A DNA stretch of 64,000 nucleotides from the NCBI GenBank assembly GCA_902597675.1, contig CACJYR010000001.1, forward strand, positions 7,659 through 71,658, in the 5' to 3' direction. This DNA comes from an uncultured Pelagibacteraceae bacterium. GTDB taxonomy: Bacteria; Pseudomonadota; Alphaproteobacteria; Pelagibacterales; Pelagibacteraceae. The notes under the pieces are model-generated. The model made no database searches. It was given only the letters and a program-made list of their open reading frames with translations, and had not been told where the DNA came from. Of this stretch, positions 20,164-30,346 are shown piece by piece; the first letter of the stretch is position 1; each line of letters starts with the position of its first letter. Made by a program: the position numbers and the translations under genes.

Positions 20164-20942
20164 TCTAATTCGTTAAGCCAATTTTTAAGCTCTAACATTC
20201 TCTTTTCTTTATCTGAAACTGAAATTTCTTTTTTGATAAAAGCAATGTGTTTTTGAACTTCAGTGTCATCTTTAAATACTTTTCTACTTTCAATTAATCT
20301 TTCTTTTCTAAACTCAATGAGATTAATCATTTTTTCATAAGTTATTTCTGGATGGTATTGTAGCCCCCAAATTTTTGTCTTATTAACCTCAAAATACAAA
20401 CCTTGAACTTTATTAATCTTATTCGAGGCTAAACAAATTCCTTTATCAGGTATTTTTACCACCTCATCAAAATTGAATGCTGGGGAATTAAATTTTTTAT
20501 CTTTATTTTTATAAAGAGGATGTTTTATTCCATTTTTGTTTATCTCTATTTCATTTGCTATACCAATATGTGAATTATCAGCCTTTTTGACTTGGCCACC
20601 TGCTGCTGTGACTGCTACTTGCATGCCCCAACAAATTGCCAAAATTTTCCCTACTTTATTTTGACAATTTTTCATGAATTCAATTTGCCTTCTAATTTCT
20701 GGAGTATCATTATAAATATTTAAACTACTTCCACCCCAAATAAGACCATCATACTGCTCGAGTTGATCTGATATTAATTGAATATTTTGATCTGAAGAGG
20801 GGTTAACAACATCAAATGAAAGTTCATCAGTAAAATGGCTTAAGCTGTCCTTTAAGCTTTCTGTATGTGTTTGAATACCATTTTCTGAAAAGCTCTCATT
20901 TTCTTCTCTTAAGTTTCCCTCTACAATTAATATTTTTTTCAT
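20160..20942 (-). CDS. Class I glutamine amidotransferase-like protein
   Basis: Nucleophile elbow AICWGMQ and QYHPE triad motif. Confidence 0.88.
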   Translation of the reverse strand: MKKILIVEGNLREENESFSENGIQTHTESLKDSLSHFTDELSFDVVNPSSDQNIQLISDQLEQYDGLIWGGSSLNIYNDTPEIRRQIEFMKNCQNKVGKILAICWGMQVAVTAAGGQVKKADNSHIGIANEIEINKNGIKHPLYKNKDKKFNSPAFNFDEVVKIPDKGICLASNKINKVQGLYFEVNKTKIWGLQYHPEITYEKMINLIEFRKERLIESRKVFKDDTEVQKHIAFIKKEISVSDKEKRMLELKNWLNELD

Positions 20943-22099
20943 TCAAACAATTCTCCTGAAATGCTATGCTGATACATCAGTTTAAGATCCTCTTGATTGA
21001 TTTTTTTTGGATTACCACTAGTAGATGGATCTTCTAAAGCCATTAGAGATAATTTATTTAAATCTAGTTTGGAACAATCCACAATGTCAGATAGTTTATG
21101 GGGGATTGCTAAATCTTTTCTTAAATTCAAAATCCACGATAAAAAACTTTCAAAATTTTTATCTAAATCTAAATAATCACAAATTGAGATAATCTTTTTT
21201 TCTATAATAGATTTATTAAAAGTTAATACATATGGCATAAAAATTGCATTACTCAATCCATGATGAATATTATATTGAGCATTAACAGGATGACTCAATG
21301 AATGAATTGCACCTAATCCCTTTTGAAAAGCTGTTGAACCCATTAACGAAGCTGCCAAAAGATTTTGTCTAGCCTCAATATTTTTTCCATCTTGGTATGC
21401 AACAACAAGTGAATTTTTAATAAGTTTCATTCCCTCCAAAGCAATACCATCTGCCATAGGATGAAAGCTTGGTGCACAATATGCCTCAAGATTGTGAGCT
21501 AAGGCATCCATCCCTGTTGCTGCAGTTAACCTTGGAGAAAGCTCAATAGTCAATTTTGGGTCAAGAATAACAATTGAAGGTAAAATTTTTGGATGAAATA
21601 TAATTTTTTTAACACCCGTTTTTTTATTAATGATTGCAGATGCTCGACCAGTTTCAGATCCTGTCCCTGCAGTAGTCGGAATTGCAATTATTGGAAAAAT
21701 ATTTTTATCATTAGCTCTTTTCCAATAATCTCCAACATCCTCAAAATCCCAAATGGGTCTACTTTGACCTGACATAAAAGCTATAGCTTTCCCAACATCA
21801 ATTGCACTTCCTCCACCAATCGTAATTACGCCATCACAATCATTCTGTTTAAATTCTTTCACACCCTCATCGACATTCTCACCAAATGGATTTCCTGTAA
21901 AATTTGAAAATAATATTATCTTTTTTAACTTTTTTTTAATTTCAATAATTACCTCCTTAATAAATGGAAGATTTACTAAATCTTTGTCAGTAACAAATAA
22001 TGGATTATTAATCTTTAAATTATAGCAAGCTTCACTTAAATCTTTAATTCTATCTTTGCCTACCCAAACTGTTGTTGGATAATTCCAATTAGATTTCAT
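20939..22099 (-). CDS. Iron-containing alcohol dehydrogenase
   Basis: GGGSAID, PTTAGTGSE, GMDALAHNLE, HSLSH, HHG. Confidence 0.93.
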   Translation of the reverse strand: MKSNWNYPTTVWVGKDRIKDLSEACYNLKINNPLFVTDKDLVNLPFIKEVIIEIKKKLKKIILFSNFTGNPFGENVDEGVKEFKQNDCDGVITIGGGSAIDVGKAIAFMSGQSRPIWDFEDVGDYWKRANDKNIFPIIAIPTTAGTGSETGRASAIINKKTGVKKIIFHPKILPSIVILDPKLTIELSPRLTAATGMDALAHNLEAYCAPSFHPMADGIALEGMKLIKNSLVVAYQDGKNIEARQNLLAASLMGSTAFQKGLGAIHSLSHPVNAQYNIHHGLSNAIFMPYVLTFNKSIIEKKIISICDYLDLDKNFESFLSWILNLRKDLAIPHKLSDIVDCSKLDLNKLSLMALEDPSTSGNPKKINQEDLKLMYQHSISGELFE

Positions 22100-22105
22100 A
22101 TTTTT

Positions 22106-23065
22106 TTAAGTGACCCTAAGTTTTCTATTATTCAATATTGCTCTAAATAAACTAATCATTAAAGGAATTTTTTTCTTATCAATTTTTCTCATAATATATG
22201 GGGCAATTTCTCTAACTAACTGTTCTCCTTCAACAGTGTCATTAAGCATAAATCTTTTTTTTGCATTTTTAAATGTATATCCTTTTCCTAAGTAACTGCC
22301 CATTTTACTATTTCGACCACCCGCAGCGCTAACATATAAATCACCCACACCGGCAAGCCCAAGTGTACTTGTTTCTTTTCCTTTAAAATATTTTGTCAAA
22401 TATTTCATTTCATTAATTGACCTTTGAAATAAACTTGATGACGTATTTAGACTTTGACCAGCACCTATAATCATTGCATATATATTTTTAATTGCTGAGC
22501 AGACCTCAACACCAATAATATCTCTTGAGAATTCATTCAAATAATATTTTGTAGAAATTCTTTTTCCTATTTTTTTTGCAAAATTTATATTTTTATTTGC
22601 AATTATTACACTTGTTTGATGTTTTCTCGCCAATTCTTTTGCTAAGCAAGGACCTTTTAAAACTGAAATATTTTTTATTCCAGAAACTTTTTGAAGTTTT
22701 TCAGAAATAGTAAAAATTTTATTACTCCTAGATATATATTTTAACCCTTTGGTAAGAACCAACAAAGGTGTATTGATCTTATTTTTCCTCAACTCTTTAC
22801 CAATAAAGTCTATTCCAGGTAAACTTAAAGCAATTACTATTAAATCAAATTTTTCTTTTAATAAATCACCAGAATATTTTCGAAATTTAAGTTTTTTTGG
22901 CAAATTCATTTTTAATGCAGAATGGTATTTTCTTTTTGAGGATAATTCTTTTATGAATTTTTTTGAATAAGGCTCAGTAATTACAACATCATTCTTATTT
23001 TCCAGGCAGGGAATTGTAAAAGCAGATCCCATGGCCCCTCCTCCAATTATTAAAAATTTTTTCAT
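22106..23065 (-). CDS. NAD(P)-dependent glycerol-3-phosphate dehydrogenase family protein
   Basis: GGGAMGSA, KGL, GP, KNIYA, GVGDL..S..GRN; divergent GpsA-like. Confidence 0.8.
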   Translation of the reverse strand: MKKFLIIGGGAMGSAFTIPCLENKNDVVITEPYSKKFIKELSSKRKYHSALKMNLPKKLKFRKYSGDLLKEKFDLIVIALSLPGIDFIGKELRKNKINTPLLVLTKGLKYISRSNKIFTISEKLQKVSGIKNISVLKGPCLAKELARKHQTSVIIANKNINFAKKIGKRISTKYYLNEFSRDIIGVEVCSAIKNIYAMIIGAGQSLNTSSSLFQRSINEMKYLTKYFKGKETSTLGLAGVGDLYVSAAGGRNSKMGSYLGKGYTFKNAKKRFMLNDTVEGEQLVREIAPYIMRKIDKKKIPLMISLFRAILNNRKLRVT

Positions 23066-23217
23066 ATTAGTTTAAATTCAAAAATATTAATTAAACAAAA
23101 ATTTAAAATGCAACACATACGTGAAAATTTACTATGTCAATTTTCGTATTAAGTCATTATTTTATTTTAAATTTTAATATTTTGTTAGTAAAATAAACTT
23201 AATTTTTAATAAATCTT

Positions 23218-24549
23218 ATGAGTAAAGTAGCTATTATCGGTGCAGGTCCATGTGGCTTATCAATGTTAAGAGCATTTGAGCAAGCAGAAAAAAAAGGTGA
23301 AAAAATTCCTGAAGTGGTTTGTTTTGAAAAACAAGATGATTGGGGTGGTCTCTGGAATTATAGTTGGCGAACAGGTTCTGATCAGTATGGAGATCCAGTT
23401 CCAAATAGTATGTATAGATATCTTTGGTCTAATGGACCTAAGGAATGTTTAGAGTTTGCTGACTATTCTTTTGATAAACATTTTGGCAAAGCAATTCCGT
23501 CATTTCCTCCAAGAGAGGTACTATACGACTATATTGTTGGAAGAGCTAAAAGTGGAAATTTAAAAAATAAAGTTAAATTTAATACAAGGGTCATCAATAC
23601 AATCTTTAAAAATGAAAAATTTGAAATTAGCTATCAGGACAAAGTAAATGATAAAATTTTAAAAGAAAATTTCGATTTTGTAATTGTCTCAACTGGTCAT
23701 TTTTCTGTTCCATTTATTCCTGAATATGATGGAATGAAATCATTCCCAGGAAGAATTATGCACTCCCACGACTTTAGAGACGCAGAAGAGTTTAGAGGTA
23801 AAAATATTGTGGTATTAGGCAGTAGTTATTCAGCTGAAGATATTGCGCTTCAATGTAATAAGTATGGAGCAAAAAGTGTAACTATTGGATATAGACACAA
23901 CCCAATGGGATTCAAATGGCCTAAAGGCATGAAAGAAGTCCATTACCTAGATAGACTAGATGGAAAGAAAGCTATCTTTAAAGATGGTACTGAACAAGAA
24001 ACCGACGTTATAATTTTATGTACAGGATACTTACACCATTTTCCATTTTTAGAGGAAAACTTACAACTGAAGACAAGAAACAGACTCTATCCACCTAAAT
24101 TATACAAAGGTGTAGTCTGGCAAGATAATCATAAACTAATGTATCTTGGCATGCAGGATCAATTTCATACATTTAATATGTTCGATTGCCAAGCTTGGTA
24201 TGCTCGTGATGTAGTTATGGGTAAAATAAAAATGCCTGATAGTAAAGAAATTGAAAATGACATAAACAAATGGGTTGCAATGGAAGAAAAACTTGAAAAT
24301 CCTGATCAAATGATTGATTTTCAAACAGAGTATACCAAGGAGCTACATGAAATGTCTGATTATCCTAAAATTGATTTTGAATTAATAAGAAAACATTTTA
24401 AAGAATGGGAACATCATAAAGTTGAAGACATATCAACATATAGAGATAAATCTTTCTCATCCCCGGTAACAGGATCTGTTGCACCGGTTCACCACACGCC
24501 TTGGGCAAAAGCAATGGATGATACTTTAAAAACTTTTTTGAATAAATAA
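23218..24549 (+). CDS. tmm: Trimethylamine monooxygenase (bacterial FMO)
   Basis: GAGPCG, MYRYLWSNGPKECLEF, FPGRIMHSHDFR, GSSYSAED; adjacent to tmo transporter genes. Confidence 0.93.
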   Translation: MSKVAIIGAGPCGLSMLRAFEQAEKKGEKIPEVVCFEKQDDWGGLWNYSWRTGSDQYGDPVPNSMYRYLWSNGPKECLEFADYSFDKHFGKAIPSFPPREVLYDYIVGRAKSGNLKNKVKFNTRVINTIFKNEKFEISYQDKVNDKILKENFDFVIVSTGHFSVPFIPEYDGMKSFPGRIMHSHDFRDAEEFRGKNIVVLGSSYSAEDIALQCNKYGAKSVTIGYRHNPMGFKWPKGMKEVHYLDRLDGKKAIFKDGTEQETDVIILCTGYLHHFPFLEENLQLKTRNRLYPPKLYKGVVWQDNHKLMYLGMQDQFHTFNMFDCQAWYARDVVMGKIKMPDSKEIENDINKWVAMEEKLENPDQMIDFQTEYTKELHEMSDYPKIDFELIRKHFKEWEHHKVEDISTYRDKSFSSPVTGSVAPVHHTPWAKAMDDTLKTFLNK

Positions 24550-24556
24550 TTAAGTT

Positions 24557-26710
24557 TTAATCAATACCTAGGTGTTTTTTTCTTTTTTCAACCCAAGATC
24601 TAATCAGATTATCAAATATAAGAGCTATAAAAGCTACACAAATACCGAGTGTTAACCCAATCCCAGCACCTTTTTTATCTGATAGTGCTTTTAATATATA
24701 TTGCCCTAAATCTTCAGTACCAATGAAAGCTCCAATAATTACCATGAATAAAGCAAATACAATTGTTTGATTTATGCCAAGCATCATGTGAGGAAAAGCT
24801 AAAGGAAATTCTATCTTTGTTAATCTTTGAAATTTATTGACACCAGACATGGTTGCAGCATCGTGTAAACCAGCAGGAACACTCCTCAATCCCTCAATGG
24901 TGTATCTAGTAGCAGGTATTGTTGCATAAACTATAACAGCTATTAAAACAGATGTATCCGTAATACCAAATAACATCATCACTGGAATTAGATAAACAAA
25001 TGATGGGAATGTTTGAAAAATATCACATACTCCTAACATGAAATTAGCAGAGCGTTTATTTTGAAAACATAATGTTCCAACTGTAAATCCAATAGTACAA
25101 GATACAATTACTCCGAATGTTGCCATATAAGTCGTTACTAAAGCTCTATCCCACCAAGGACTTAAGGCAATAAATAGTGTCAATCCACAAACAACTAAAG
25201 CTGAACGAATTCCACCAATGAGATATCCCGCACCAACAACTAAAACTATAGTTGCTACAGCTGGCATCCTTAAATATAAAGCCCTCATTGGTTGAAGCAC
25301 CTCTTGAATGAGCCATGTATTAAATGCTTTAATATAAACAAAAAAAGTATCAAAAATCCAATCAACCCCTTTATTCCAAAAATCAGCAGTTGATATTCCT
25401 TTATTATGCGGAACTTCAAATAGATAATTAAAACTACCTTTAAATAAAAAGGTTCCAATATAAGCCAGTACTATTCCAACAATTACTGTTGCTGCAAAAA
25501 ATAAGATATTTTTATTTCTTTGAAAGAATGTCAGATTACCAAAATAATCTGTTTGTTTATTAGCCCAAGCTAATGACATTTTATCTAATAAAATCGCAAT
25601 TAAGCTAATACACAAGCCTGCTTCTAGTGCTAATCCTATATTTAACTGATTTAGCGCCAATAGCAGATTAAATCCTAAACCTTTTGCACCAATAAAAGCT
25701 GAAATTACTGCCATGGAAAAACAGACCATAATGACTTGGTTGACACCAATTAAAATATCTCTTCTTGCAGTTGGAATTAAAACTTTAAACATTAATTGCC
25801 AATTGTTACATCCACTCATTCTACCAGCTTCAATTACTTCTGGAGGTACTGCTCTTAAACCCAATATGGTTAGTAATATCATTGGTGGTATAGCTACAAC
25901 CATGGTGATTATAACTGCAGCATGATCACCAACTCCAAAAAGAACTAAAGCAGGAACCAATACCGCATATTGCGGCATAGTCTGCATCACTAATAATATT
26001 GGATAAAGAGCTTTCTCGACACGTTTACTTTTAAATGCTGCTATTCCTAAACCTAACCCAAAAATAAACGACAAGGGTGCTGCAACTAATATAAATGAAA
26101 GAGTTTGCATAGATGGTTTCCATTGACCAAATATTGAAATATAAATCATCGTTAAACCAGCAAACAATGCTAGACCTTTCCCACTCACCTTATATGAAAG
26201 GATTGCTGCACCTGCTGCTACAATAGTCCATGGTAATCCTGGAAGTTCGGCCCAAGGATTTTTATCAATCCAATCCCAACTGCTAAATGCCACTATAGTT
26301 TCAAGACCACCTAATAAAACCTCTCTTATTAGCTGTATTAAGAAAGTCATAAACGCTGTTAAATTTCTACTTATTTGCAAAACTATAGGACGACTTTTAA
26401 ACTCTTGTGTATCTTCATTCCAAACCTCTATTGGCATCCATTCATTCATTAAGAAAAATAAAGAGTCGTTTATCCAAATAGGTAGCCAGCCTAGTAATGG
26501 AGGTAACCGCCAAAAAACATCAAAGGCATAATATCTCACCTCTTTACCTAAAAACACATAACTACTCTGATTTGGATCTTTTACAAATTCTGCTTGGCCA
26601 CGGATAAATTTATATGTTTCTGGAACTTCAATAGCGAAACATAAAGCAAAAAATACGATTAATAAGAATAACCATTGAAATGTTTTGGGGTATTTTTTTA
26701 AAAATTCCAT
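24557..26710 (-). CDS. tmoV: TMAO ABC transporter permease, two fused ProW-like domains
   Basis: Duplicated QT.P.Y/F segments and two EAA-loops (EAGRMSG, DAATMSG); context. Confidence 0.85.
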   Translation of the reverse strand: MEFLKKYPKTFQWLFLLIVFFALCFAIEVPETYKFIRGQAEFVKDPNQSSYVFLGKEVRYYAFDVFWRLPPLLGWLPIWINDSLFFLMNEWMPIEVWNEDTQEFKSRPIVLQISRNLTAFMTFLIQLIREVLLGGLETIVAFSSWDWIDKNPWAELPGLPWTIVAAGAAILSYKVSGKGLALFAGLTMIYISIFGQWKPSMQTLSFILVAAPLSFIFGLGLGIAAFKSKRVEKALYPILLVMQTMPQYAVLVPALVLFGVGDHAAVIITMVVAIPPMILLTILGLRAVPPEVIEAGRMSGCNNWQLMFKVLIPTARRDILIGVNQVIMVCFSMAVISAFIGAKGLGFNLLLALNQLNIGLALEAGLCISLIAILLDKMSLAWANKQTDYFGNLTFFQRNKNILFFAATVIVGIVLAYIGTFLFKGSFNYLFEVPHNKGISTADFWNKGVDWIFDTFFVYIKAFNTWLIQEVLQPMRALYLRMPAVATIVLVVGAGYLIGGIRSALVVCGLTLFIALSPWWDRALVTTYMATFGVIVSCTIGFTVGTLCFQNKRSANFMLGVCDIFQTFPSFVYLIPVMMLFGITDTSVLIAVIVYATIPATRYTIEGLRSVPAGLHDAATMSGVNKFQRLTKIEFPLAFPHMMLGINQTIVFALFMVIIGAFIGTEDLGQYILKALSDKKGAGIGLTLGICVAFIALIFDNLIRSWVEKRKKHLGID

Positions 26711-26712
26711 AA

Positions 26713-27741
26713 TTAATTATTATTTTTTCTTCCTCCAAAAACTGTATTAATAATTTTAGTTGGGTTTATAGAGCCCACAATTTCATTTTTACTATCGATC
26801 ACAGCTACAGCTTTTTCTTGAGTAAGAATTTTTTCTGCAACATTTTCGATTATTTCATCCTTTGAAACTTTTAAATCACCTAAATCATTTTTAGATGCAT
26901 CCATTACATCTTCAATTAATAAAACTTTTTCTCTTGGAACCTCCTCTGTAAACTTTCGTACGTACTCTGTGGCTGGATTTAAAACAATATTAGCAGGGGT
27001 ATCTAATTGCTCAATTATACCATCTTTCATAATTGCGATACGATCAGCAAGTTTTAAAGCTTCATCAAAATCATGAGTAATAAACATAATTGTTTTTTGT
27101 AATTTTTCTTGAAGTCTTAAAAATTCATCTTGCATTTCTTTTCTAATTAAAGGATCTAAAGCTGAAAATGGTTCATCTAAAAACCAAATATCTGGTTCGA
27201 CTGCCAAAGATCTAGCGATACCAACTCGTTGTTGCTGTCCTCCAGATAATTCTCTTGGAAAATAGTTTTCTCTTCCATCAAGTCCAACTAGCTTGACCAT
27301 ATCCATTGCTTTACTGATACTATCCTCAGTTTTAATACCTTTAATCTGAAGTGGAAAAGCGATGTTCTCCACAACTGTTTTATGAGGCAGTAAAGCAAAG
27401 CTTTGGAAAACCATACCCATTTTATTTCTTCTTAGTTCAATAAGCTCTTTGTTGTTTAGTTGTAATAGATCTTGTCCTTCAATGAAAATTTTACCACCTG
27501 TTGCATCTGTTAATCTAGATATACATCTCAATAATGTTGATTTACCTGAACCAGATAAACCCATCACAACTAACATCTCACCTTTTGAGACTTCAAAAGA
27601 TGCGTTGTTTACACCTACGATACATCCATTTTTTTGAAAAGTTTTGGCATCAACATCTCCATTTGACTCTTGAAGCATTTTTTTGGCATTTGATCCAAAA
27701 ATTTTGTAGACATTTTCACATTTAATTACTGTCTCAGCCAT
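26713..27741 (-). CDS. tmoW: TMAO ABC transporter ATP-binding protein (ProV-like)
   Basis: GLSGSGKS, LSGGQQQR, DEPFSALDPLIR. Confidence 0.88.
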   Translation of the reverse strand: MAETVIKCENVYKIFGSNAKKMLQESNGDVDAKTFQKNGCIVGVNNASFEVSKGEMLVVMGLSGSGKSTLLRCISRLTDATGGKIFIEGQDLLQLNNKELIELRRNKMGMVFQSFALLPHKTVVENIAFPLQIKGIKTEDSISKAMDMVKLVGLDGRENYFPRELSGGQQQRVGIARSLAVEPDIWFLDEPFSALDPLIRKEMQDEFLRLQEKLQKTIMFITHDFDEALKLADRIAIMKDGIIEQLDTPANIVLNPATEYVRKFTEEVPREKVLLIEDVMDASKNDLGDLKVSKDEIIENVAEKILTQEKAVAVIDSKNEIVGSINPTKIINTVFGGRKNNN

Positions 27742-27806
27742 AAATCTTAATTAAGTTATATGAAAATAAGGTAAAATTAAATCCATAATATTGTAACAAT
27801 TTCACC

Positions 27807-28358
27807 TTAAAAATTTTTAATAAAATAAACTCTAGTATCAATTCCAGTACTTAAGAAACTTAGAGCTTCACCACTAACAGTTATCGACTCATTTACTCCT
27901 ACATTGTTTCCGCTTACTGTAAAACCTGCAAAACACTTATTTTTTGTGTCATCCCATTTTACAAACGTCTCATCAATTTTATTTCCGTTAATTGTATAAA
28001 TTTCATGAGCTCTAAAATTTAAAAAATTTGCACCCATTATCGCACGTTGTGGGATCAACTTTGTTGCCTTACAAACTTGTTCATATACTTCATCACTTAG
28101 TTTAAAATGATCAGTGCCATCAAATGTAACTAATATGCCAGAAGGAAGTTTTGAAATAAGCTTACTTAATTTTTTCTCTTGAGCAATTCTTTCCTCCTCA
28201 AGTTTCATTTTTCTTACCAATTCATCACCTCCACCAAACATAATGTTTAAAACGAAAAAAGATGATATGACTATTATAATAATAATTACTAACCCGCCAA
28301 ATTGTTTGGTGAATTCAGGTAAATTTTTAATCTTATCTAAGTTACTTTCCTTTGACAT
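27807..28358 (-). CDS. Hypothetical membrane-anchored protein
   Basis: N-terminal TM helix, coiled segment, soluble domain with two Cys. Confidence 0.7.
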   Translation of the reverse strand: MSKESNLDKIKNLPEFTKQFGGLVIIIIIVISSFFVLNIMFGGGDELVRKMKLEEERIAQEKKLSKLISKLPSGILVTFDGTDHFKLSDEVYEQVCKATKLIPQRAIMGANFLNFRAHEIYTINGNKIDETFVKWDDTKNKCFAGFTVSGNNVGVNESITVSGEALSFLSTGIDTRVYFIKNF

Positions 28359-28742
28359 TTAATCTTGTAATTTACCATTTTTCCAAATTCCAGATTTCAC
28401 TGATCCATCAGCCCAAGTAAAAGTTCCTTTACCATTCATAAATCCTTTAGCCCATTCACCTTCATAGGTTGACCCATCGGGAAATGTCAAAATACCAATT
28501 CCACTCCATTCACTATTCTTGAATTCGCCTTTGTAAATATATCCATTTGGCCAAGTCTCAACACCTTGACCATTTTTTTTTGTACCTACCCACTCTCCTT
28601 CGTAAGTTGTTTTGTCAGTGTAAACCCACTTACCGAAACCATTTTCACAATTACCCTCCTTACATCCGGTGCTTCTAGCTAAAGCAACCGATGAAATTAA
28701 GAAACTTAAAATTATGGTGAGAAGAAATTTTTTCATGAGCAT
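28359..28742 (-). CDS. Exported MORN-repeat protein
   Basis: Signal peptide plus four YEGEW..G...G.G-type repeats; start may be ATG 28736. Confidence 0.88.
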   Translation of the reverse strand: MLMKKFLLTIILSFLISSVALARSTGCKEGNCENGFGKWVYTDKTTYEGEWVGTKKNGQGVETWPNGYIYKGEFKNSEWSGIGILTFPDGSTYEGEWAKGFMNGKGTFTWADGSVKSGIWKNGKLQD

Positions 28743-28770
28743 AGTTTACACAAAAACAATTGAAAAAAAA

Positions 28771-29232
28771 TTAGACTTTTTTGTCATTTTCAGTGCAAGA
28801 ATAAATAGAAATATATTTTTCAGAATTTTCACTTTTTATATTTTTGGTAATTTCGTGAATTAATTCCCCTGTTTTCCTAGTAATAATACCTGACTCAGAG
28901 TAATTTTTTTCTTTATCGATAGATTTAAATAAAACCACATCTTTATTTACAACTTTTACATTTAATGATGCAGACTCAGAAAGAAATAATGTTAATCCTG
29001 TTATTAAAAGAGTTTGTGGTTTTTTTGATTGAATTTTAAATTTGTCTAAATCTTTTTCTTTTAAATCTTTTGCCAGAAAAGTTTGATAATTATATTCAGA
29101 ATTTTTAATGATTTTTTTTTCTAAAGAACACTTGAACTCAAGATTAATGTCTTCATTAATATTTATATCTTTTGCTAAAACTCCATTAAAAAAAGAGAAA
29201 TTAACAAATATAAAAAGTAATATTTTAATCAT
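28771..29232 (-). CDS. Hypothetical exported protein
   Basis: Signal-peptide-like N-terminus; Cys near each end of the mature part. Confidence 0.7.
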   Translation of the reverse strand: MIKILLFIFVNFSFFNGVLAKDININEDINLEFKCSLEKKIIKNSEYNYQTFLAKDLKEKDLDKFKIQSKKPQTLLITGLTLFLSESASLNVKVVNKDVVLFKSIDKEKNYSESGIITRKTGELIHEITKNIKSENSEKYISIYSCTENDKKV

Positions 29233-29243
29233 AAATTTTATCT

Positions 29244-29280
29244 AAAAAAAAATCTCCCCCAACGTTGTTGGGAGAGATTT
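29244..29280 (-). terminator. Intrinsic terminator after tmoX
   Basis: Minus strand AAATCTCTCCCAAC-AAC-GTTGGGGGAGATTT followed by a U run. Confidence 0.85.
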
Positions 29281-29302
29281 AAAGATTTAATAGCTCTTAA
29301 CC

Positions 29303-30247
29303 TTATTTAGTAAAAGCTTGCCAAACTTTCTTATTGTCTGCTAACCATTTTTTAGCTGCATCCTCATGAGTCATTTTGTCAATGTCAACTAAAGCTGCCA
29401 TTGCACCAATTTGACTTGTTGAGAACGAAAGTTTTTTAAATGCCGCTGCTGCTTTTGGATGAGTTTTTGGAAAGTCAGCATTAACTGCTTTTTTCAAATA
29501 ACCATCTGGCGAACCACATTTTCCATCACCACCATCCTCTGGTCTACAACCAGCTGTGTATGGAGGAAAGTCGATAAATGTAAAACCAGCACCATCAGTA
29601 AAGTTTGGTGTCCAGTTAAAGATGATTGTTCCTCTTCCTTCTTTTTCAGCTGCAGCTAACTCTGCCCATAAAGCATCTGCACTTCCAGCAAATTTTACCC
29701 ACCAAAGATCGCCTAAACCTAAAGCGTCAACTCTTTGTGGAATTAAATCACCATGCCATGTTTGTGGACCTTCCAACATTCTTCCTTTTCCATTTGGAGA
29801 ATCAGGTGTTGTGAAGTTTTTAGCACAATCTGGATTTTTTAATGCTGTCCAATCTGGTAAACCAGGACATAATCCTTTTTCAGCAACCCAATTAGGATAA
29901 CCCATATCCTCTAGAGTTCTTGCCTCATGATCTCCCCAATCTAATAAACCACCTTTATCTAAAGCAGTTGTGAATGATTTACCAAAAGCAGATTCCCATA
30001 CCTCGTGAGATATAGTTACATCACCAATTCTAATTGACTCGTATACTGCTTGAGAGTCAGCATTAACGTATTTTACGTTGTTACCCATACTTTCGAACAT
30101 TCCACCAATAACATAGGCCATTACAATTTGACTTGACCAGTTATGTGTCGGAATAACGATGGGTTTTTTACTATCTGCATTTGCTATACCAGCGAAACTT
30201 ACCGCTGAGATTATCATTGCAGATATAAATGATATTATTTTTCGCAT
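29303..30247 (-). CDS. tmoX: TMAO ABC transporter substrate-binding protein
   Basis: Signal peptide; HNWSSQ, HEVWE, CPGLPDW, FNWTPNF; lies between tdm and tmoWV. Confidence 0.88.
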   Translation of the reverse strand: MRKIISFISAMIISAVSFAGIANADSKKPIVIPTHNWSSQIVMAYVIGGMFESMGNNVKYVNADSQAVYESIRIGDVTISHEVWESAFGKSFTTALDKGGLLDWGDHEARTLEDMGYPNWVAEKGLCPGLPDWTALKNPDCAKNFTTPDSPNGKGRMLEGPQTWHGDLIPQRVDALGLGDLWWVKFAGSADALWAELAAAEKEGRGTIIFNWTPNFTDGAGFTFIDFPPYTAGCRPEDGGDGKCGSPDGYLKKAVNADFPKTHPKAAAAFKKLSFSTSQIGAMAALVDIDKMTHEDAAKKWLADNKKVWQAFTK

Positions 30248-30278
30248 TTATTCCCCTTTCTTAATATTAAGTGTGAAT

Positions 30279-30307
30279 AGTATGTGCCTAAGTAAAATGA
30301 TAGTCAA
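30279..30307 (-). promoter_or_regulatory. Sigma70 promoter of tmoX
   Basis: Minus strand TTGACT-17 bp-CATACT, with AAGGGG Shine-Dalgarno before the ATG. Confidence 0.65.
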
Positions 30308-30346
30308 CTAATAGATATTTATATAATATAATAATAGATATAAAAA

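Noticed and set aside
26713-27741. This ABC ATPase as the energiser of the secretion locus
   Set aside because: It is a ProV-type importer ATPase with its own permease and binding protein, about 18 kb away.
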